This document shows, in pieces, positions 8,208-15,000 of a DNA stretch of 20,929 nt. The notes beneath the pieces are model-generated. The model was given only the letters and a program-made list of their open reading frames with translations, searched no databases and had not been told where the DNA came from. The DNA lies in contig JALVPN010000031.1 in the NCBI GenBank assembly GCA_027031765.1, positions 13,685-34,613 on the forward strand, given 5' to 3'. The DNA is from Promethearchaeota archaeon. GTDB lineage: Archaea; Asgardarchaeota; Thorarchaeia; Thorarchaeales; Thorarchaeaceae. The position numbers and the translations under genes are program-made. Position 1 is the first letter of the stretch; each line of letters starts with the position of its first letter.

Positions 8208-9014
8208 CTATTTCGACGCCATGGCCTGGGACACCGCTACGAACACCTGACGGATGTCGCCCACCTCCACGGGGACGCGGGTACCGTCACCGACTATTTC
8301 CAGCAGCACCTCAACCCCCTCGTCAGTACTACTGACAGAAACAGACTCGAAGCTCTGGGACACGGACTCCTTCAGTACCCGTCGGATTGCACCGGTCTTG
8401 ACCCCGGGCACTATGACCAAGACACCCCACCAGTCCTGTGTGAAGTCCTTCGCGTCAGCCGTCACACCATAGTGCTGTGAGAACAGCTCCACGTACATTG
8501 AGAGGGTCTCAAAGGACTCTATGGACTTGTGGACCGGGTTCATGGTCACAATCCCGCGCCCAAAGTCAAAGTGGAACAGCAGGTCGTCGAGTGCCACGAG
8601 CAGCAGGTCGTGTTTCCGCACTACAGACATCTTCTTCCGGATCTTGCGCAGCCTCGATGTGAACTGACGTATCGAGCTCATGCGGAGTGCAGAGAGGAGG
8701 CCATGTATGGGCATGTGGCGGTCATCCATGTTGGTACCCTTGTCCTCAAGGACGAAACGCCGGATCTGTTCGAGGTACTGGCTGTAACAGAACGACGGCA
8801 AGTCCTGCGGGTCGACACCAAGGTCGATAAGGACATTGAGGAAGTTGCGGTTCTTGCATGCTGGACGGAGCGTGCAGCCAAGACGGTCGTCCTGACAGAC
8901 CCTGCACTTCTCTTCATGGAGCTCGATGAGTTCTCTTGCGAGCTCTGCGTCAGCGGAGGGGTTGAGCAGGTTCAGCCTCTCGCTCAGTTCTTTACTGTGC
9001 TTCTTCAGCTCCAT
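8208..9014 (-). CDS. Hypothetical protein with N-terminal four-Cys cluster, 268 aa
   Basis: ATG-start ORF with globular composition and motif CRVC-x6-C-x5-C; directly upstream of and co-oriented with the giant TrmB gene. Confidence 0.8.
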   Translation of the reverse strand: MELKKHSKELSERLNLLNPSADAELARELIELHEEKCRVCQDDRLGCTLRPACKNRNFLNVLIDLGVDPQDLPSFCYSQYLEQIRRFVLEDKGTNMDDRHMPIHGLLSALRMSSIRQFTSRLRKIRKKMSVVRKHDLLLVALDDLLFHFDFGRGIVTMNPVHKSIESFETLSMYVELFSQHYGVTADAKDFTQDWWGVLVIVPGVKTGAIRRVLKESVSQSFESVSVSSTDEGVEVLLEIVGDGTRVPVEVGDIRQVFVAVSQAMASK

Positions 9015-9273
9015 GGACTCTCATCTCGGTCTGTAATGCAGGGGGAGCGGCCACGTCCGTGTGAGTAGCAGTGGTCTCCAGGTCCTTCTGGTCACACTAC
9101 CGGGTCAGACAGTGACCGCATGATTATAATGTTGTCTCATCTCATCAGCGTAACACGTCATTTGGGCCAGTCGACCATAGAGGCGGGCTGCACACCACGT
9201 TGGGCACACAGCACCAGTACGTTGGCGGGACAACTATGGGCCCGCCGCCGGCATGTATCAAGTGGTGGGTGGG

Positions 9274-10386
9274 TCAGCTGTTCCGGGCCATCTCCTTAAG
9301 CTTTGCACCCCACGTACGGATCTCCTTGCTGAGCCGTGCTATGTCGTTCTCGTTCAGCGTGGCCGTGGGCGGGTAGGACTTGAGTTCGCGGGCACGCTTT
9401 CCGAACTGGAACAGGACAGGGGTGTGGCCCTTTATCATTGTGGTGATCTGATCCCTGACACGCTCGAGTGCCGCGGCCATCTCATATGCCTCGGTGTGTG
9501 GAGTGACCATCTCAAGGAGGTAGTCCATAAGGCCATCAATCGTGGTCGGCAGTGGCTCGTCCGGAGCCACAGGATGACGGGCGGTGGTGACTGGGGCCTC
9601 GTCAGTGGTAGTGACCACCGGCGTAGACTCACGGACAGGCTGCACGGACTGTGCCACCTCCCTGACGAGTAACAGTGCCTCTGCAACCTCTTCAAGGGCC
9701 TTGTTGTACTTTCTCTCGATATCGTCCAGTTGCCGCACTATTATGCTCACAATCTCGCGGGTCTCGTTGAGGGACTCGCCGAGCTCGCTGACGTTGTCAC
9801 TGATCTGTGACACACTGGCGACGTACTCTTCAAGCGAGTCAATCTTCTTTGTCATCGTCTCGACATAGGGTGGGTCACGTAGGCCATCCACGACGCTGGC
9901 CACCGAGCTTACGGAGGCGAGCGTGTCGTCCATCTTCTTCAGGAGGACTTCAGTACCCATTGACTGCTGGATGTCGGCCAGCTGTTCTGCAAGTGCCTTC
10001 ACAGACGAGTGGGTCGACTCGATGCCCTCCCTCACAGCCTTGCCCGAGTTGCCAATCTTGTTCAGTGACGCGCCAATGCCCTGGAGCTTGCTATCAATGC
10101 CGTCCACTTTCTTCGATATTGCTGCTGTAGTCTTGGCGCTCGGCACCTTCTTCAGCGCATCATTCACAGCCTTCAGAGAGGACTCGATACCCTCAAGCCT
10201 CTCGACAGGTGCTATGGAACGCCCAATCTCTGCCACCGCAGACTCCAGAGAGCCGAGCCGCTCTTCAATTGCTGGCACCGCGGCCAGGACCTTGATGACC
10301 CCACGTATTGCTGCAATCTCCTGTGCAACCCTGTCAATCTTGTCCATTAGGCCAGCAATATCTGGTGAGTCAGGACTTTCAGACAT
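9274..10386 (-). CDS. Segmented coiled-coil protein with Thr/Pro linker and ~90-aa C-terminal helical domain, 370 aa
   Basis: Heptad runs such as I90-V94-I97-L101-I104-L108-I111; linker ~250-280; GGTAGGAG upstream of the ATG. Confidence 0.85.
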   Translation of the reverse strand: MSESPDSPDIAGLMDKIDRVAQEIAAIRGVIKVLAAVPAIEERLGSLESAVAEIGRSIAPVERLEGIESSLKAVNDALKKVPSAKTTAAISKKVDGIDSKLQGIGASLNKIGNSGKAVREGIESTHSSVKALAEQLADIQQSMGTEVLLKKMDDTLASVSSVASVVDGLRDPPYVETMTKKIDSLEEYVASVSQISDNVSELGESLNETREIVSIIVRQLDDIERKYNKALEEVAEALLLVREVAQSVQPVRESTPVVTTTDEAPVTTARHPVAPDEPLPTTIDGLMDYLLEMVTPHTEAYEMAAALERVRDQITTMIKGHTPVLFQFGKRARELKSYPPTATLNENDIARLSKEIRTWGAKLKEMARNS

Positions 10387-10525
10387 AGTACTCCTACCTA
10401 TGGCGTAGTTGAGCAGTTAACTGACCACGCACACACGTATTTAGCGTTTCGCTATGCTGTCCTCGCGAGGGTAGCGCATCCCCTATACGGCAGTTGCTGA
10501 CGGGTCACAGGGCACCGTGACCACA

Positions 10526-11350
10526 TCATAGCCTGCTGGCACGGACGACCTCGATGCCGAGCGACTCCAGCAGTGAGAAGAGGCGGGCCTTCTGCGGGGC
10601 GTTCGTCCCCTTCCAGTCAATGACTGCAAGGTCGACCTGTTCAGCAGCCCTAGTGACCATCTGCCGCACCAGCGACTCGTCCAGCCCCTCAATGACGTAT
10701 TTCGGGGCGATGTGACCGACCACAACATCACTCTCCAGTACCACCCGGTTGAACTTTGAGGCGTAGTGTGGACCACCAAAGCCAATGGCTGCAGTCCGTC
10801 CAACCTTGGCCCGGGCACACTCCATCACCGCTGCGGCCACAGCCTGTGCCCCCTTGATGTCCCGCCAGTGTGCCTCATCGCTGCCGAGCTCTACGAACAA
10901 GAGGGGGGTGTCCATCGAGGTCGGGCCATGGTGTGTGACCTCAAGGGTCACATCAAATGCGTCAAGTGACAGGGCATCACGCTGTTCGTGTAGGGTCTGT
11001 AGGGCCACCGCCACCAGGCTGGCGACAGAACAGGACACCTCACGTGGGTTGCCGCCGTACTCTGCATCGGAGGTGAGGTTGCCCGTACTGTGTACAAGTA
11101 GGGCCGGACGACCGGACTCTGACCGGTGACGAGAGCAGAAGATGAAGACATCAGGGTGAAAGTGTTCCTCAAGATGACCTGCAAAAATGAGGTCCCTCTC
11201 AGTAGTTATCAGCAGTGTCCCCCTGTCGCACGAGTACACAGGGCTGCCCTCGAAGTGTTCGCCGGTCTCCTCGAAACCATGCTCGTGGATGAGGACGTCC
11301 TTGATTGTCTGGCTGGCCAGGTCACGTTGCGATGTGACCAGCACCCTCAC
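10526..11350 (-). CDS. dtdA: Archaeal D-aminoacyl-tRNA deacylase (DtdA/GEK1 family)
   Basis: FCSRHRSESGRPALLVHSTGN, EVTHHGPT, FVELGS and FGGPHYA motifs. GTG start overlaps the upstream stop. Confidence 0.92.
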   Translation of the reverse strand: MRVLVTSQRDLASQTIKDVLIHEHGFEETGEHFEGSPVYSCDRGTLLITTERDLIFAGHLEEHFHPDVFIFCSRHRSESGRPALLVHSTGNLTSDAEYGGNPREVSCSVASLVAVALQTLHEQRDALSLDAFDVTLEVTHHGPTSMDTPLLFVELGSDEAHWRDIKGAQAVAAAVMECARAKVGRTAAIGFGGPHYASKFNRVVLESDVVVGHIAPKYVIEGLDESLVRQMVTRAAEQVDLAVIDWKGTNAPQKARLFSLLESLGIEVVRASRL

Positions 11351-12597
11351 ACGGCCTCACCCCGTTCAGCTTCGCACAGTTCCAGCAGCGGCTCGAGCCG
11401 GGCATCCACCTTCAACCTGACCTTCTCGCCAAAGGCATCGAGGATTTCGGACTCAATCCTGGTGCGGTACTCCTCGATGCGTTCCAGCTGACGCTTGATC
11501 TCGTCGCGTATCCGCAGGAGGTCGTTCGTATGGTACTCGAGGTTCTTGCGTGCCTCCTCAAGGGCCTCTTGCAGACGGCGGTTCTCTGCATAGACATCTG
11601 AACCGGCGAACCTGCGGCGTCGTTCCTCAATGGACTTTGCCTGGACCTGGAGCTCCCGCAGTGAGCCACGCGATATTGCTTCGATTTCCTCGATGGCCCG
11701 TCGGGCAAGGCGGTCCTTCAGTGGGAGACGTCCCTGCTCGATTGCGGTACGCAGCGCGCTAAGGCCCTCGACCAGACCCGGATGCCCATCCGGCTCGTTG
11801 ACAATTGCGGTGTACGGGTCCTCGAAGTAGTCAGTGAGAGCCCTCAGACCCTCTGGCGGCACGCGGACACCATGGTCGTGCTGGAGGAACTTCTTCACCT
11901 GTTTCTTCAGCGGGTTGAGCTTCATACGCAGGACCGCAGCCAAGTGGTCAGCCTCCTGGTCAAGGTTCAGCAGCTCGGCCACGTTGGACTCGCGGGTGAA
12001 CTCGTCGTACGCCTGCTTTGCCAGCTCGTACTCCCTGCGTGCCTGCTCTATCTTCTGGCGCACCTGACGTATCTGCTCCTCAAAGGACTCCCTAGCGCGG
12101 CCCAACTCCCGAAGGGTATCGATACGGGTGCCAATCCTCTCAAGGTCTTTCAGCCAGCTGAACTCGTAGAGGAGCTTTCCAATCCGCTTCATCTCACGTG
12201 CAAGCTCCTTCATGTAGACGTCCAGCTGCTTGATGGTACCCTTGTGGCGCTTGTCCATCCGCCGGATCCAGCGGGCCCCGGCACCCCAGAGCTCCTGGAT
12301 GAACCGCTGCACCTCCTCTTGGAGCATCTCGGTCGACTCGTAGGAGATCTCCTTCGTGACGTAGAAGCTGTTCACAATCTCCTCGATCTTCATGGCAAAG
12401 CGGGCCGCAATGCCAACAGAGTCGGACGAGTCCTCGACATCAGAGTCGCGGAGGCTCTTAGAGACCTCTTGGATGTCTTTCAGTGCACTCTCCACAATCC
12501 GGTAGCTCTTCTCAGCCTGCTTCACAAAGTCCTTGGACCTCTTGGCCAGCTGCTTACGATACCATTTTTCCAACTGCTCAACGGTCAGGGTCGTCAT
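11347..12597 (-). CDS. Charged coiled-coil protein of unknown function, 416 aa
   Basis: E/K/R/Q-rich helical arms (~150-225 and ~310-388) flank a Pro/Gly-containing central segment; no Walker A motif. Confidence 0.85.
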   Translation of the reverse strand: MTTLTVEQLEKWYRKQLAKRSKDFVKQAEKSYRIVESALKDIQEVSKSLRDSDVEDSSDSVGIAARFAMKIEEIVNSFYVTKEISYESTEMLQEEVQRFIQELWGAGARWIRRMDKRHKGTIKQLDVYMKELAREMKRIGKLLYEFSWLKDLERIGTRIDTLRELGRARESFEEQIRQVRQKIEQARREYELAKQAYDEFTRESNVAELLNLDQEADHLAAVLRMKLNPLKKQVKKFLQHDHGVRVPPEGLRALTDYFEDPYTAIVNEPDGHPGLVEGLSALRTAIEQGRLPLKDRLARRAIEEIEAISRGSLRELQVQAKSIEERRRRFAGSDVYAENRRLQEALEEARKNLEYHTNDLLRIRDEIKRQLERIEEYRTRIESEILDAFGEKVRLKVDARLEPLLELCEAERGEAV

Positions 12598-12692
12598 GAG
12601 GAGGCCACACCCAGATTCGATTATCAGCGCTTCGTGCAGCTTATCAACTTTCTCCTTGACGTGCCCCGGTCGTCACCGCAGCCGTAGTGACG

Positions 12693-12702
12693 AGTTTATA
12701 TC
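12693..12702. promoter_or_regulatory. TATA box in a divergent intergenic region (AGTTTATATC)
   Basis: TTTATA on + lies 47 nt before ATG 12747. On - it reads GATATAAACT, identical to the 10-mer upstream of the 15001 gene, so it may serve both directions. Confidence 0.55.
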
Positions 12703-12730
12703 AGGGACTGTCGAGTGAGCACACACCACA

Positions 12731-12736
12731 GAGGTG
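12731..12736 (+). promoter_or_regulatory. Shine-Dalgarno GAGGTG for ATG 12747
   Basis: GAGGTG lies 10 nt before ATG 12747. ATG 12849 has no comparably placed SD. Confidence 0.6.
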
Positions 12737-12746
12737 TGAGACGAAC

Positions 12747-13550
12747 ATGCCAAGAGTCCTGGACACAGGGGGCCGGGCCCCCAGGTTTGACGTGGCCTAC
12801 GACCTCGACTGCGCATCGTGAGGTGTTTCACGGGTCGGGTTCTATATCATGAGGCTCGGACTTGTCGACGAGGCGCGGAAGGAGTGTGTGCTGCTCTCAC
12901 GGCCAGCAGACTACAAGGGAGGCTTCTGGGTGACATACACCGTCAACAACACCAGAGTCGTCTGGGAGTCGATGTCGAAGGACGGGACAAGGCTGGTCTC
13001 ATCAGACAGTCACAGGGGCAGAGTGGATGTCACCCTGGAACACACCCCAGCAGCCCACCCCGGGCCAGTGTTCCGTCAGGAGGTCACGGCCTGGAGCTAT
13101 GACCGACCGGTACTGCTGGCCAGGAGCCGCCTGACAAACATCAGCAGGGACACCGTCCGTGACGTGAAGACGTACTTCCTCATGGACCTGGACCTTGGTG
13201 GCTACGAGTCCTGCCGCGACGACACGGCCACATTCGATACCGTCTCGGCCATGGTCCACCTGAGCGATGAGTGCCCCGTGCATGTCCTCATGGCATCAAG
13301 GCCGCGGGCCAGCCGCTGGGATGTCGGGTCAGCCATCAGGCTTGCAGTCGACCGGGACAGGCCCGACCTCGGGAACAACAGCCAGTACGGGCCGGGCGAC
13401 GTAGCAGCCGCCCTCCAGTGGGACCACGGCGACCTGGGACCAGGGACAACGACAATGGTCGATGTCGCAGTCACCGCAGCCCGGACGTACAGTGGTGCAC
13501 TGAGTGCAGTCGCTGAGGCCTGGGAACTGTCCAGTAGAGAGCTCCGATGA
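12747..13550 (+). CDS. Candidate selenoprotein (267 aa, in-frame UGA at codon 25, C22-A-S-U25), beta-rich domain of unknown function; conservative call is the 233-aa ORF 12849..13550
   Basis: ATG 12747 is in frame with 12849 (102 nt apart). The only interruption is TGA 12819-12821: MPRVLDTGGRAPRFDVAYDLDCAS*GVSRVGFYIMRLG. An SD lies upstream and a SECIS-like hairpin lies at the stop. Confidence 0.65.
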
Positions 13551-13591
13551 TGTCTGTGCGTAAAGCATTGCAGCGCAGACGGAGAAGGGGT
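13541..13591 (+). promoter_or_regulatory. Eukaryote/Asgard-type SECIS-like element overlapping the stop codon
   Basis: AUGAU (13547-51); 8-bp stem GUCUGUGC/GCGCAGAC (13552-59/13573-80, one G-U); apical AAA (13562-64); GGAG (13581-84); weak lower helix GCUCC/GGGGU (13541-45/13587-91). Confidence 0.6.
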
Positions 13592-13906
13592 AGCACCCCC
13601 ATGGGCCCAGAGAGAAGAAGAGCAGCCAGGCATGTGCCGGCTGCTCCCAGCACGCCCACTCTGCATGTCGCAGACACTATCACAGCACAGCGCCGTCCAG
13701 ATGGACGGTGGGTGGACGGGGCTGTCGAGTAGGTCACACTCCCCGCCAGCCGTGGCTGGACTGGCAGTTCACAGCAGTCCTCTATGACGAAGGGCCCCGG
13801 GCCGGGAATGCGGGGTCCCACAGGGGCCGGAGCGACCACTGACGACAGCACTGTGGCGTGATAGGCCTGGTCAGTACGCCATGCCATGTGGGGACTGATA
13901 CTGGTG

Positions 13907-14221
13907 TCACGTCTTCCACGTAATGCGCTGGAGATGTCTTGCTAACATCAGTGCCGGTGGTGTCAGCCACGCGAGCCGGCCACGGTTCTTGGAGTCGCCA
14001 CCCACGAGTAGGCCCATGCTCCTCAATGACTTGAGGTTCCACTTGACAGTGGAGTATGGGAGAGAGGCCTTTTTGGAGAGCACATCAGCAAGCCCAGTGA
14101 GCGTCATGGGAGCGCCGTCGAGGAGCTCGGCACTATGGACTAGCACGGTCTTCTGCGTGTCCGTCATACGCGCCTCTGCAAGGCTCAGGAATGCCTGCAC
14201 AAGCGAGTCAAAAGAAGGCAT
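13907..14221 (-). CDS. Winged-helix DNA-binding protein, ~104 aa
   Basis: LTGLADVLSKKASLPYSTVKWNLKSLRSMGLL...LTPPA is a wHTH pattern. ATG 14221 is preceded by GGGAGATGA; 14311 and 14350 are alternative starts. Confidence 0.7.
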   Translation of the reverse strand: MPSFDSLVQAFLSLAEARMTDTQKTVLVHSAELLDGAPMTLTGLADVLSKKASLPYSTVKWNLKSLRSMGLLVGGDSKNRGRLAWLTPPALMLARHLQRITWKT

Positions 14222-14243
14222 GTCATCTCCCAGGGGACCTAGC

Positions 14244-14354
14244 CTATCGACCTCGTCGCCACTGGAGAACACACACACCACGGGACAGGATTTCGTGGCC
14301 ACGTCCCGCATGTGCGACCCGACACTGATGGGGGACATAATCAGTCTCACCCAT
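14244..14354 (-). CDS. Small ORF, 36 aa (MGETDYVPHQCRVAHAGRGHEILSRGVCVLQWRRGR), not in the ORF track
   Basis: GGTGAGGTGA SD 8 nt upstream, TATA-like TTTAAG further upstream, and the stop lies 22 nt before the wHTH ATG. Confidence 0.4.
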   Translation of the reverse strand: MGETDYVPHQCRVAHAGRGHEILSRGVCVLQWRRGR

Positions 14355-14362
14355 TTAGTTTT

Positions 14363-14372
14363 TCACCTCACC
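14363..14372 (-). promoter_or_regulatory. Strong Shine-Dalgarno GGTGAGGTGA
   Basis: Reverse complement of tcacctcacc; 8 nt from ATG 14354 and 12 nt from GTG 14350. Confidence 0.7.
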
Positions 14373-14410
14373 TGTATCTGTTGGGTATTCATACCGGCGT
14401 CGCCACTGCA

Positions 14411-14422
14411 CTTAAAGGTTAT
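14411..14422 (-). promoter_or_regulatory. Putative BRE-TATA (ATAACCTTTAAG)
   Basis: AT-rich element upstream of the SD at 14363-14372. Confidence 0.5.
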
Positions 14423-14449
14423 CCGGTTCACATCATACGGGCCACACAG

Positions 14450-14938
14450 TCACTCCTCGGGGACCTCTAGGCCTAGGGCCCGCAGTCTGGCAAAGCCCTG
14501 ACTGTACACGCTCATGTGGTGACGGATCTCTTCTTCAGCTTCTGCAAGGCCACGCAGTTGCGAGGAGATGTCAGCAAGTCCGCCACCACTGTACGACTCG
14601 AGCATGTCCGCAATGATGTCACTCATCCTGAGCATGAGCTCCTCAATTACGACGCTCAGGTCGAGCATGGAACGTACAGTCTGTATCGAGTCAGGATCCG
14701 GCATATGGGGGAGGAAGTCTTCCAGCGCCACGCGCACATTCCTGCAGGCATCGACACGTCCCGGGATGACCTTGTCATACATGGAGTGCATCCAACCGAG
14801 ACGCTCGTTGTCTGTCAGTGACTCTAGGTTCTCACGTGAGAAGTAAGCGGTCCATGGTCCGAACTCGGAGACCTCGTAGTCAATCCAGTCATCAAACGCG
14901 GCCAGCACGCGCTTCCAGCCTTCTTCAGTGTCGGACAT
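14450..14938 (-). CDS. Hypothetical all-alpha acidic protein, 162 aa
   Basis: ATG-start ORF with amphipathic helices and several Trp residues; no recognised motif. Confidence 0.75.
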   Translation of the reverse strand: MSDTEEGWKRVLAAFDDWIDYEVSEFGPWTAYFSRENLESLTDNERLGWMHSMYDKVIPGRVDACRNVRVALEDFLPHMPDPDSIQTVRSMLDLSVVIEELMLRMSDIIADMLESYSGGGLADISSQLRGLAEAEEEIRHHMSVYSQGFARLRALGLEVPEE

Positions 14939-14970
14939 GAGCTCTCCCGCCCTGTCAATGGGCAGCTCAA

Positions 14971-14980
14971 GATATAAACT
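14971..14980 (+). promoter_or_regulatory. TATA box GATATAAACT
   Basis: 21-30 nt upstream of GTG 15001, consistent with a leaderless transcript. Confidence 0.55.
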
Positions 14981-15000
14981 ACGGGCTCACAGGAACGGGT

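Noticed and set aside
13471-13887. 138-aa minus ORF and 61-aa plus ORF (13547..13732) in the convergent gap
   Set aside because: Low-complexity translations with no motif. The ATGA at 13547 is better explained as the stop codon plus SECIS-like core.
13551-13906. SRP RNA, RNase P RNA or C/D-box RNA in the long gap
   Set aside because: I found no SRP helix-8 motif (CCAGGCCCGGAAGGGAGCA-like), RNase P GAGGAAAGUCC motif or properly spaced C/D boxes on either strand.
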